Assembly: GCF_018977255.1 (NCBI RefSeq)
Contig: NW_024704743.1
Coordinates: 113,400,001-113,464,000 of the forward strand
From: Callorhinchus milii
Taxonomy: Eukaryota
Direction of reading: 5' to 3'
Length of the DNA stretch: 64,000 nucleotides
Under the pieces are notes generated by a model, which was not told the origin of the DNA, ran no database searches, and worked only from the letters and a program-made list of their open reading frames with translations. Below are positions 1 through 12,347 of this stretch, piece by piece; position 1 is the stretch's first letter, and each line of letters starts with the position of its first letter. The translations under genes were made by a program, and so were the position numbers.

Positions 1-124
1 CTGATGATGGCCTGGTTCTGGTCAGTGAAGTCATGTACTGTGCAGCATGTGACACCTATCCCTATCAGTTGGTAACTTTATCTAATGTGGATTCTAGCTG
101 TGACATACCTTATAAATGTTATTA

Positions 125-730
125 GGTGTCAGCCTTGCTTAAGTGGTATTATTCTTGTCTCTGAGTCAGAAGGTTGATGGTTTAAGCCTCACGAGGGGAC
201 TTTACATTCTCATGGTCTAGGTTGACGAGTGCTGGGGAGGACTGTTTTTTAGGAGGTGCCATCCTTCAGCTGAAATGTTAACCTGAAGTCCTGTCTGACT
301 ATTCAAGTGTTGCTCTGGGCTTTTTCTCATTGAGCACATCTATTAAATAATTATTATATTAATTCTTGCATTTGATATAGAACCCTATTCATGTTATTAA
401 AACATCTCAAAGCTCTACAAGGAGATTTGCTGTGAATTTGTGCACAGAAATGTGCCACAATAGCATGAAGTGAGTAACCAATTTTTATCTGGGGAATTAC
501 TGGCCATAATACTCCCTGCTCTCCAATTAGTGTCATGGGATCTTAAACATCCATGTGAACAGGTAGATGTCACCTTGGTTTAACCATCTCATCCAAAGGA
601 TGACACCTCTGACAATGCATCGCACCCCTTGCAGGACATTGGAGCGTCAGTCTAGACAAGTCTTGACATGGGACTTGAACCCACAACCTCTGACTTAGAG
701 AACGCTACCAACTGAGCCAAGCTGACACAA
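125..730. mobile_element. Two old DeuSINE (SacSINE1-like) copies in opposite orientation (about 125-320 + and 400-730 -)
   Basis: ctctgagtcagaaggttg head and aggaggtgccatcctt...gttaacc body; related copies at about 3770-4165 (-), 31030-31330 (+), 56170-56530 (+) and 62395-62810 (-). Family name is from recall, not a database search. Confidence 0.7.
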
Positions 731-769
731 CCAGAGAATATCAAACCATGATTAATTCTGTGATACTGT

Positions 770-3290
770 CCCAACTACCGTAGCCTCCCAGGTATTCCTT
801 TCTCATATGGAAACCCTTCCACCTTAGCTTTCCTTCCTATCTCTGTTGAATAATTTATTAGATTTAGATTACTCATGAACAAGGACAAAGTACAGTCAAG
901 GGTGAAAATGCTTGAATGGAAAATAGCTAATTTTGATGGGCTAAAGAGGGACCTAGAGTTGGTGGACTGGCAAGTAAGAATGGCAGGTAAAACGACTCAT
1001 GAGCAATGGGAAATCTTCAAAGATACAATAGCTCAGGGTCTAAATAGATATATTCCCACAAAAGGGAAATGTGCGAGAACCAAGCCTGCTTGGATGACCA
1101 GGGATATTCTGTCTAGGATGAAAAAGAAGAAGATGGCATACGACAATTGGCGGATGCAAGACACTGAGGATAGCAAAGCACATTATAGAGAATGCAGGAG
1201 TGATCTTAAAAGAGCAATAAGACAGGCTAAAAGATCGCATGAGAAGAGGTTAGTGGGTAACATAAAGGGGAATCCTAAAATATTTTATAAGCACATAAAG
1301 GAAAAAAGGTTAGTTAAAGGTAGGGTGGGGCCAATCAAAGACAATGACGGCAATCTTGTTGTGGAGGCAGAGGGCGTGGCTGATATACTGAACGAGTACT
1401 TTGCATCTGTCTTCACAACGGAAACGGATGCCCCAAATGCCACAGTATTGGATGACAGGGTAGAGGACATAGATCAGATTACTATAGACAGAGAGGAAGT
1501 TCTGAAAAGATTGACTGGGCTCAAAATTGATAAGTCACCAGGACCAGATGGGTTTCACCCAAGGTTGCTGTGGGAGATACGGGTTCAAATAGCGGAGGCT
1601 TTGGCCATTATATTTCAATCGTCATTGGACACAGGAGTGGTGCCAAGAGACTGGAGAGTAGCTAATGTTACCCCACTCTACAAAAAGGGGCAGAAAGACA
1701 AGCCCGGAAATTACAGGCCAGTCAGCCTAACTTCGGTAATAGGAAAACTACTGGAGACCGTAATCCGGGACAAAATAAATCTCTACTTAGAGGAACACGA
1801 GGTAATTAGAGACAGCCAACATGGATTTGTTAAAGGCAAATCTTGCCTAACAAATCTAATAGAATTTTTTGAAGAGGTGACTGCGAGGGTTGATGAGGGA
1901 AATGCGGTGGACATTATTTACATGGATTTTAAAAAGGCTTTTGACACAGTACCGCATAAGAGGTTAATAAAAAAACTGGAGGCCCACGGTATTAAGGGGA
2001 CAGTAGCCATTTGGATTAGGAACTGGCTGAGTGACAGAATGCAGAGGGTGGTGGTTAATGGGTGTTTCTTGCAATGGAAGGAGGTGTGCAGCGGTGTCCC
2101 CCAGGGATCGGTATTGGGACCACTGCTCTTTCTAATATATATTAATGATCTGGACTTGGGCATAGGGAGCACTATTTCCAAGTTTGCAGATGATACCAAG
2201 TTAGGTAGGGTAGTAAATAGTGAAGAAGATTGTGACGGACTGCAGGCAGACATACACAGAATGGTGGAATGGGCTGACATGTGGCAGATGGATTTCAATG
2301 TAGATAAGTGCGAGGTGATACACTTAGGTAGGAAAAATGATAGGAGGCAATATAAGCTTGGTAGCTCAATTTTAAGGGATGTGAACATACAGAGAGATCT
2401 GGGCGTTCAAGTAAGCGATTCATTGAAGGTGACAGAGCAGGTAGATAGGGCAGTAAAAAGGGCATTTGGTGTACCAAGCTTCATTAGTAGGGGCATAGAG
2501 TATAAGAGTAGGGAGGTTATGCTTAATCTGTACAAAACACTGGTTAGGCCTCAGCTGGAGTACTGCGTCCAGTTCTGGGCACCTTACCTCAGGAAGGATA
2601 TTAAGGCACTGGAAAGGGTGCAGAGGAGATTCACGAGAATGATACCAGGAATGGGGAAGCTTAGCTATGAGGACAGGCTGGAAAAGTTAGGACTTTTCCC
2701 ATTAGAGCAGAGAAGGTTACGCGGGGACCTGATAGAGGTCTTCAAGATCATGAAAGGTTTCGACAGGCTGGATAAGGAAAAGCTGTTTCCGCTAGTAGGT
2801 GTGTCTGTGACTCGTGGTCACAGTCTTAAGATATCTACCAAAAGAAGCAGAGGGGCGGTTAGAAGAAATTTTTTCACTCAGCGAGTTGTTAGAATTTGGA
2901 ATGATCTGCCTGAAAGGGAAGTGAAGTCCGATTCGATAACAGCTTTTAAGAGAGAACTGGATAGGTATCTGGGGAAGACAGGTTTGCAGGGTTATGGGGA
3001 GAAAGCTGGTGAGTGGGGTTAGTGAAAGTCAGTTGCTCTGTCAAAGAGCCGGCACAGACTCGATGGGCCGAATGACCTCATTCTGTGCCGTAACATTCTA
3101 TGATTCTATGATTCTATGAATTTGTACCCTTGTAAGTTCACTTCCACCCTCCTGATTAAGCCATGTCTGTGTCCGACAGTCTGTATCAATAATTCTCAGT
3201 TGTCACCAGTTCCTCTAGTTCCACCAATTTTACTTTGAAAGCTTCTCGCATTTATATATACAAATGTATATATGCACCTCTTGTTACACT
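770..3290 (-). mobile_element. Old CR1 endonuclease-domain relic, split by the young CR1 (pieces about 770-856 and 3119-3290)
   Basis: Minus strand reads CIYINARSFQSKIG...LQGYK|LFNRDRK..GG once the insert is removed; this resembles the APE endonuclease N-terminus of CR1 ORF2; degenerate. Confidence 0.75.
857..3118 (+). mobile_element. CR1-clade LINE, 5'-truncated, young; uninterrupted ORF2 reverse-transcriptase portion (857-3022)
   Basis: RT motifs [41 protein letters not shown]; 3' tail (ATTCTATG)x3 at 3095-3118; AATTT duplicated at 852-856 and 3119-3123. Confidence 0.97.
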
Positions 3291-4299
3291 TTACCCCCTT
3301 AACTTTCCAGTCTGGGTGTCTGGTATTGCCATTTGGATTTTTCTAGGATTTTTGTACTCTTGATTTAGATATTTTTGGTCTAATTTGTTTTCAACATTTC
3401 CCATCTCTTCCCGACTATCAACAAGCTTGAGCTCTGTCTTATCGGCTAAGTAGTTTGATTGTAAATAAACCATCTTTTTGCTAGCTGGACAAAATGCTTC
3501 TAGATAAAGTCAATAGATGGAATTGTGTAAGTGCTAAACTTTTTCGGTACCAATCGATACATTTGTTGGACATTATGATGTTCATACATATTTAGTAGGC
3601 GAAGGATAACAATTATAACAATTTGGGATAAATTATATGTGATTACTCACCAGTTATAGTGCCCATAAATCGTTAATCTTCTCAATAGAGGTGATCTATT
3701 TGTCATTTACTTTCTTATTATTTGCCAAGAACCCTAGAAAAATCTAATGATAATCCTTTTTATTTTATTTTATTCAGCATTGAAAAATCTCCAAGCATTT
3801 CACAGGTAATTGCTGTCATGTTCAGTGACTTTGTAATTCTAGGCAAACAATGGCAGCCAAGGTATGCACTGCAAGATAACCATGTAGTAAATGCCCAATT
3901 GTTGTAGAGATTTGTTGTGAATCACTGGGAGAAAATGCTTCTCTTTTTGAAAAGTGCCCTGGGATCTTTGACATTCACATGAACAGACAGACTGAATGTT
4001 AATTTAACATCTTATCTGAAGCATGAGCCCTTTGACAATGCAATGCTCTTCCAACATTGCAGTTGATTCTCGCCCCAGACTGTGAACTCAAAGTCCAACG
4101 TGGAGTTTGAATCCTCAATCTTCTGAACTAAATGCGAGATTGTTTTCAACTGTGCCAAGTTGACATTAATGTTTACTGGAACCCTCCCAGGAAGCACAAT
4201 AGCAACATTAGATGTTTCATACATTCTCTATTTTAACCTTTCAACCTCTAGTTAATGTATGTTGTTTGATTTGAAGAAATACATTTTTCATATTGATGG

Positions 4300-4459
4300 A
4301 AGGATATCAAATGCAAGGATTATTATTATTAAGTAAAGACCATTTGATCGATTGAGAGCCTCTCTTCAACAAATTGCACAATTTGTTGAAGAGAGGCTCT
4401 CAATGGATCAAATGGTCTTTACTTAATAATAATAATAATCCTTGCATTTGATATTCCTT
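4300..4459. repeat. Near-perfect palindrome, arms of about 77-80 bp, 2-nt spacer
   Basis: ...gagagcctctcttcaacaaattg CA caatttgttgaagagaggctctc...; centre 4377-4378. Confidence 0.95.
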
Positions 4460-5347
4460 AGGAGCCAATATCATCATACGTGAACAACAGAGAGCAGCCT
4501 GGCTATTAATATTTGTCAGGACACCCACTACAGCAGTGGCAAAAAGAGCAATCCAAAATTAAACAAAGCAATTGCTCTAAACTCCACATGCAATTATCAA
4601 TTGTATGGATATATCCCTGGAACATTCTGCCATCTCTGGAACTCCCTGCCTCAATCCTTATGCCTTGTTCCTCTTTGCCTGTCATCAAATCACACCTGAA
4701 GACGTTCCTCTTCAGCTGTGCTTTCAGTCACCTCACCTTTTCTCCGCATCTCAGTGTCAAGAGACACTATAATTAAGCGTTCCGAGACACTACCCCGAGT
4801 GAAGGGTACTATATACGGTAAATGTAACTTGTTTGTGGGGGGAGAGCCTAAGATTCTAACATTAATTGGGTGATTCAAATTGTGCCTAAATCAGGACCTT
4901 TCCTCTTCTGCGTTAAAAGAGTTTACTGAAAATAAGCTACAAAATTAAGATTGCATTTAACAATTTGTCAAATTCTGGAAGTTCTGAAATGTTAATAAAA
5001 TAGAGAAAATAAATCAAGATCTGAGTGAAATTACTAACCCCTCCAACCACCTGCCCACGCCGTGGCAAACAACAAAATTCATGCATCCAAGTGCATTGCA
5101 ACTGTCCACCAGACCGCAAGCTGAACACACTGTAACAACTTGTGTCGTGACTCTAGCAGGTTGAGATGAAAGCTGTAGTCTTTGCTTACCACTCTGCATA
5201 CCAACCATGTTGTAAATTCAAAGTGCAGGTCATGACACAAAGAGCAGCTTGTCCCAAGCTTCAGAGCTTCTCCATCAGTTCTTTGTCAAAGATTACAAGG
5301 GCACTACCGTGAGGGAGAGCAGGAAATGGGGGAGAAGAAGAAAGTGA

Positions 5348-5590
5348 AATAATAATAATAATCCTTGCACTTGATATAACACCGTATCACGTCGTTGGGA
5401 TGTCTCAAAGCGCTTCACAGAATATATTGTAAAGTGGATTGACTGTATTTTGTGGGTGAAATGCGGCAGCCAATTGTGCACAGCAGTGTCCCACAAACAG
5501 TATACCAGTATTGATTGAGTGACTTCCTGCCAGGTAAACAGAGGTGTGTGGGGTAAGGAAACTTGCCTAAGGTTTCACCCAACCCGGGAT
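5348..5590 (-). mobile_element. SINE copy, same family
   Basis: Reverse-complement tail aataataatccttgcacttgata. Further 3' pieces at about 9670-9790, 16790-16962, 23300-23482, 36825-37080, 38515-38618, 41745-41857, 43155-43260, 45225-45298 and 61895-61963. Confidence 0.85.
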
Positions 5591-6641
5591 AGGGGAAGAG
5601 GCAAAGGGAGGGAAGAGACGAGGAGAGGGAACAAATGTGAACAAGACCTTTCTTGAGAGGTCTCCCTTGAGAGACTCAGAGAGAAAAGGAGGAGGGTAAG
5701 GTGAGTGAGTGGTCTAGTGGGGGAGGTAGGAGAGCTAAAAGACAAGAGAGAGAAATACAGATCCAGGAGTAAAGATAAAGACAGATATACAGTGAGTGTG
5801 ACTGATTCAGTGTGAAAGAGTTAAGAGTGTAAGGGCAAACAGCAAATGAATGTGAGACAATTTCAACAGAAAGAGGCAAAGACTGACTAGAGAGACTGAA
5901 CTCCAGACACAGACAGTGATAGGAAGGAGGATGGAGACGGGAATTGAGGGAGAGAAAGACAGAGAGACGCATGGAAACAGGAGAAGACAGATACTCATTC
6001 ACAAACTATGTATAATTACATTCACTTCTATACACCACAGTTTTTATGTGAGCCCTTCTATTTATTGCCACTTACACTTTACTAAGCTTAAAAAAGTAAT
6101 AAAGAACAAAACCACAGTTCTGTTGTTTATCATACAGAATAATTTATTTTATTCTTCACTTTGACTCCATGAGGCTTAGTCACAACTTGGCCATGGCCGG
6201 CAAGATTAATGTGATTAAGCAAAGCTGTTAAAGCATTAAATTTGATATGAACTGCTGCAAGTTATAACTTCTGGAAAACATAAATTACTTCGAAGATACC
6301 ATGATATTTCAAGTCTGATAACAACTATGGTTTCTAATTGGTAAATGAATTCTCTCACTAATTGTAGGATGTGGGTTTAGTTACTTAAGAAAAGTGGGGT
6401 TAGGTACTGTATAAAACTCATTTCTTAACTATTTAATGAACACTTGTTATTTTAGGTTAAAACCATGTTGCTTGTATAGATGCATGACTAAATATTTGCT
6501 TAAACTTTTTTTTAAAGATTATTGATATTTTTAATGTCATTCCTTTAATTTTGCTTACAAATAAGTAAGCTTCAGTGTTAGTGAAATACTGAACTTTTAT
6601 TGCTTCTTCTTTCAAGTCTGAACATGATATTTTGCTTTAAT

Positions 6642-6907
6642 GGAATCCTGTAGCTCAGCAGTTAGAGCACTCGCCTTGCAAGCAAGAGACCTGGGTTCGA
6701 TTTCCATCAGGGCGAAATGTTGGGCAAGTTTCCTTACTCCACACACCTCTGTTTACCTAGCAGTATATAGGAATCTGGTTGTTAGTTGGTTGGCAGATCA
6801 CTTTTCCGGGGGTAATAAGTCCTTCCAAAAAAAAAATAATAATGAATTGGTCACTTCAATCCATGACTGTTTGTGGGACAATGCTGTGCGCAATTGGCTG
6901 CCATTTC
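6642..6907 (+). mobile_element. tRNA-headed SINE, long subfamily, 3'-truncated
   Basis: TAGCTCAG and GGTTCGATT boxes, long internal segment; merges into a CR1 relic. Confidence 0.9.
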
Positions 6908-6976
6908 CCACTGGGAACAGTCTATCTATAATAGCCTTATTGAACCCTTTTAGAATTCTGTTCGGTCCCCTCTTAA

Positions 6977-8314
6977 ATACCTTTAACATAACATGTAGGA
7001 GTAGGAGTAGGCCACTCTGCCCTTCGAGCCTGCCCCGCCATTCAATCATGGCTGATTTTCTAATCTAACTCCAGCTAATAACCTAACCCTGCCTTATCCC
7101 TATATCCCTTAATTCCTTTTGCAATAAGAAATCTATCTATCTCAGTCTTGAATATGTTCAAGGACTGAGTGTCAACAGCCCTTTGGGGTATCGAGTTCCA
7201 TACATTCACCACCCTTTGAGTGAAGAAGTTCTTCCTCAACTAAGTGCGAAAGGGCTGGCCTCTGATTTTATGATTGTGATCCCTGGTTTTAGTTTCTCCA
7301 ACCAGGGGAAACAATCTCCCACTATCTACTCTATCATGCCCTTTGATGATCTTATAGGTTTCTATAAGATCCCCTCTAATTCTTCTATATTCTAGAGAAT
7401 ATAGGCCCAAATTGGTCAGCCTATCCTCATAACTCAACCCCTTCATCCCTGGTACTAGCCTAGTAAATCTACGCTGCACCCCCTCCAAGGTAAATACATC
7501 CTTCCTTAAATAAGGAGACCAAAACTGCACACAGTATTCCAAGGCCCTATACAGTTGCAGCAAGACTTCCCTACTCTTATACTCTAATGCTTTCATAATG
7601 AATGCTAACATACCGTTCGCCTTCCTAATTGCTGCTGCACCTGCAGACTAACTTTCTGTGATTGGTGTACAAGGACACCCAAGTCCCTCTGGACGCTAAC
7701 ACATTCCAATCTCTCCCCTTCTAAAAAAATAACCCGCTCTACTGTTTTTGCTACCTAGGTGGGTGACTTCGCACTTCCCTACATTATACTTCATCTGCCA
7801 CCTACCTGCCCAATCACCTAACCTATCTATATCTCGCTGCATTTTTTTAACGTCATCCTCTGTGTTGACACTTCCTCCTAGTTTTCTGTCATCCACAAAT
7901 TTAGATATATTAACTTCAATGTCCTCATCTTGATCATTCATGTAGATGGTAAATAGCTGAGGTCCAAGGACTGATCCTTGTGGCACTCCACTAGTCACAC
8001 CCCGCCAATCTGAAAAGGACCCGTTTATCCCTACTCTTTGTTTCCTACCCGTTAACCATTCCCCAATCCATAATATGCTCCCCCCAATTCCATGGGCCCT
8101 TATCTTTTGGACTAACCTTTTATGCGGCACCTTATCGAATGTCTTCTGGAAGTCCAAACAGATCACATCCACTGATTCACCCTTATCAAGTTTACTCGAA
8201 ATATCCTCAAAAACTCTGTGAGATTTGTCAAACATGACTTCCCTTTTGTAAAGCCATGTTGACTTGGCCTAATTATATTGTGCTCCCCTAAATACTGCAC
8301 TACCACATCCTTAA
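6977..8314 (-). mobile_element. CR1 LINE 3' fragment, degenerate RT
   Basis: Minus-strand ORFs 7696-8235 ([19 protein letters not shown]) and 7240-7611 (LEYCVQFWSPYLRKD); CR1-type 3' end near 6985-7050. Confidence 0.93.
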
Positions 8315-8710
8315 TGTTTTCTCGAACGAAAAGAGACCTAACCTATTGAGTCTTTCCTGATAGCAGTAATCTGCCAGCAGTGGCATCATCCTCATAAACA
8401 ATCACTTACTCTTTCCATTTCTGTTACTGTATATCCTTCCTATAGTGTGGACATCAGAATTGGAAACAATAACTTCAAATGTGGTCTAACCAAGGTTTTG
8501 TATAAATTTAACATAACCTCCTTGCTTTTATATTCTATCTCTCTGGTCATAAAAACCAAGACCCCATTGGCCTTATCTATCTTTGCAGTTACTTTTCAAG
8601 ATTCTTAGATCTGAAACCCCAGATTTCTTTGCTCATTTATTCCTTCTAGGTTTGTCTCATAAACTATAGAACCCCTTCTTTAGTTTTCCTACCAAAGTGA
8701 TTTACGCGCC
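8315..8710 (-). mobile_element. Older degenerate CR1 fragment, probably continuous with 6903-6976
   Basis: Minus strand resembles RLGLFSFEK and the YKTLVRPHL region of CR1 ORF2. Confidence 0.7.
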
Positions 8711-10109
8711 AATATTTCTTCCCTCATCAAAATTCAGAAAGAAAACAGCTTAATAACAAATAACATATTCAAATTATCCTGGCAGGTTTTGTGTACAATA
8801 CACTCAATGGCTGACAAAAGGAAATCTCTACATAGATACATAGGGCTGCACTTTGCTTTCTTATTGAAATCCGGAGTTAATAAAGGTAATGTACAATTGG
8901 TACAATGGAAATGATGCAATGGCTAAAAGGTATGTGTAATGTGTATTTACAACGGAGTGAGAAAAAGATCCAGTCATTATAGTAGTTAAACAAATGGGAA
9001 TACAGCCTCTTAAATATTTATTAACAGGATATAAAAACATTAACAGACTGTCATTAGCCAAAAGTAAGATATTACAAATGTTTCTGTGTATGTTATATGG
9101 ATTGAGCAGAAATTACTATATAACAAGTCTTTTTCTCTTGGGCCAACTGGCTATCAGGAATGGATGTTATATATTTTTAATTTCAAACTCTATACTGGAT
9201 TGTCATTAAGGAGCAGTACTTCAAAAGGGCTGATCCCATTACATCAAAAATTTAGCTGAGAACAATTATTTAAGCAGTGTGTTTTAGGATACACAGATAT
9301 ATCCATTCTCGAGCAAAGAATAGATGAATAATACATGTTAGCTGTACTGTGGCACAAATATCTGTCTTTTCCTTACTTGCAATATTTGCCATTTGATACT
9401 CTACTGATGAACAATTATTAATATCGTCACTTCCATTCAGTTCTGCAATGTCAGAGCCAGGATCACAAGCTGGGCTAACATTGGACTCACTCCCACTTCA
9501 TGATCCCTTGAGCAAATCAACCCCTTAATGATCAATCCTCCCTGTTAATACACTGCTTGTGGTGCAGCTGAATAATAATTCTGGACCATCAAACAATCTG
9601 GTCAAGACACAATTCCATTATTAACACTTTTAATCTAATATAAAATACAAACTTACATTTGTAGGGGGCTTTTCGCCCACAAATATACAGTCAATTCACT
9701 TTACAGTATATTCTGTGAAGCGCTTTGAGACATATAGAAGACGTGAAAAGCGCTATATGAAATGCAAGGATTATTATTATTATTATATTATTATATTTTC
9801 ATGTTGGGAGGAAGTTCCAAGGCGCTTGACAGTCCTGGATTGGCACCTAAATCGGGTTGGGAGCTGAAGGGAGTGGAGAGCAGAATGATGATCAAAAGCA
9901 GGCAAAGAAGAAAGCCTTGAAATGTACCTTGAACGAGGTCTTAATTATAATCTTAATCATAACTCTTAATTTTCCACACTAATTTTACCCTTAATATATG
10001 CCTGCATTAAGCTGCTATATTACACAAGCGGTGGATTCCTAATGGATTGGGACAACATTTATCAAGTGGAGCTCTGTAGCATATTTCCTCCCTTGGTGCT
10101 GACAGTATC

Positions 10110-10875
10110 ACCCTCCATGGATGCACCCTGCACCTCACGGAGCCAATACGGAACCTCAGCAACCTGTTCAACCCTCAACTATCCTTCATCCCCCACATCC
10201 ATGCCATGACTTGCTCCGCCTTTCCCCACCTCCGCAACTGTCTCTCACCCAAGGCCGCCGAGACCCTCATCCACGCATTGATCACGTCTAGGCTCGACTT
10301 CCCAAACTCCTTGGTTGTCAGCTTCTCCAACTTCTTCCTCCAAAGGCTGCAGATCATCCAGAACTCTTCAGCCCATGTCCTCTCCTGCACCAGGCTCCAC
10401 GAACCTATCACCCCCATCCTTGGCCGGCTCCACTGGCTCTCCATCATTCAGAGGATACAGTTCAAGATCCTGATCCTAACCTTCAAAGTCCTCCACGGCC
10501 TCACTCCTATCTCTGTAACCTCCTATTCCCCTACGAACCTGTCTGCTCCCTCCGCTCAACAGGCTATGGCCTGCTTCACGTCCCCCGCCTTGCCCAGCTC
10601 ACCATTGGCGGGCGGGCCTTCATCCTCTTTACCCTCACCCTCTGGAACTCCATCCCACAGTCCTTCAGCTTCGCCCCCTCTCTTGCCCTCTTCAAAACCC
10701 ACCTTAAGACCCTCTTCTTCAACCATGCCTTTGATCACCTCTTATCCCTACCTGCAGGGCACTCCACCCCCCTGATCCCAGCCACCAACTTGGGTGCGGA
10801 CCCCTGACTGTCCAGCACCTTCGGATGTCCCCCTGACATGAAAGGCGCTATACAAATACAATTTGTTGTTGTTGT
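10110..10875 (+). mobile_element. L2 3' fragment
   Basis: [30 protein letters not shown]2 tail gacatgaaaggcgctatacaaat followed by (TTG)n. Confidence 0.92.
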
Positions 10876-10876
10876 A

Positions 10877-11190
10877 TTGGTTATAGCACTCGCCTCGAGG
10901 ACCTGGGTTCGATTCCCGGACAGGGCGAAACCTTAGGCAGGTTTCCTTACTCCACACTCTGTTTACCTAGCAGTAAGTAGGAACCTGGTTTTTAGTCGAT
11001 TGGCGGATCGCTTTCCGAGGGTATAATCTCTTCAAAAAAAATAATTTGGTCACTTAATCCACAACTGTTTGTGGGACACAATTGACTGCTGTGTTTCCCC
11101 CACAATATACAGTCAATTCATCTTACAGTATATTCTGTGAAGCACTTTGAGACATCTCAATGAAGCTATAAGGCACTATATCAAATTAGC
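10877..11190 (+). mobile_element. SINE, long subfamily, abutting an L2 tail
   Basis: GGTTCGATTCC B box, long internal segment, tail. Confidence 0.9.
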
Positions 11191-12246
11191 AGAACAAAGT
11201 GAACAAATAGGATTGATTGGCGCACATCAAAAAAGGTTTGAACAGCCGTGTTTTTTTTAATTAGCAGCAGATGTGGATCCTTTGCTGCTCTGTATCCTAG
11301 CTGGGTTAATGAAATGTCTTCATTTATTGATGTGTAGCATGATATCCACCTAGGAATCTGTTCCATAATCGAATTTGGGATTGAAGAATACAGTATTATT
11401 TGTTTATCAGATTCGACTCCAGAATTTTAACTGAGATTTTGATTTGAGGTTTGGCCCTTTTTTATCTTGTCAGTGGATCCAAAAAAAAATGTTCCAGATA
11501 TTCTCCAAACATTCCAGTGGAAAAAATATAGAGACTTTCTATTTGGTCGATTGTCAGTGATTGAAAGGGAATCAGTTAGGCTCAGTGGGTCGATATCCTT
11601 GGTCCAGTGAAGTATTGAGCCTTTTCTGTGTCAGTTTTAAGAGATAGCAATGCAGCACCTATAATTAGTTCCAATATTTACAAAGCACCTGCAGCATACA
11701 CAGCCAAGTGAAACAAGTGGATGGAGTAAAGAGGAGCATAAAATTGATCAAATAGCAATGGAATACAGGAGGGAAAAATGAACATTTCTAAAGACAGGGC
11801 AAGCGTAACAATAGTAGTACTATATTTTACATTGCTGATTATATGTTGAAAAGCGAGTGTTTAATGTTATTAATGGAGTACTTTTTTGGTCAGCTAGCTG
11901 TCTGACACATGCAGAAACCTATCACCATGCTTCATAGGATCATGTTAAAGGTGTACCGTTTGAGTGAAAAGCTGTTGGTGAAGTGTTTGAGGATAAGAGG
12001 CGGGTGAGAAGACATATTTGTTATGGTGATACCATGTAGAAGAGATGGAATCATTTTGACAGAAATGTTAGCACTGTAATGGGGTTGAAAAAGCACTCAT
12101 TGCGAAAACTGTAAGTACATGGTGATTTGCACTGGGAAAATAATTTGGGGATGTTAAATGTGGCTCCCCAGGGATCCCTATGTACATCATGTTGATTCAT
12201 AAGAACTTGCCTCCTCGCTGATGTCTGGTGAGAGGTACTGTTTATA

Positions 12247-12347
12247 CAGGGTGACCAAAAAGGTCATTACAATGTCTAATAAGTCTCAAAAAAATGCTGA
12301 TTTTTTTTAGATAATATGGAACATATCATGACTTTTTGGTGACCCTA
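12247..12347. mobile_element. Tc1/mariner-type MITE (about 100 bp)
   Basis: TA-flanked, about 20-bp TIRs CAGGGTGACCAAAAAGGTCA / TGACTTTTTGGTGACCCTA; second copy at 57534-57630. Confidence 0.78.

Noticed and set aside
875..3022. 715-aa ORF as a host gene or novel RT system
   Set aside because: Ordinary CR1 ORF2 fragment with a CR1 tail and TSD. The ATG at 875 is internal, since the frame starts at the truncation point 857.
5590..5995. GA-rich stretch giving Ser/Leu-rich ORFs
   Set aside because: Low-complexity decayed microsatellite-like sequence.
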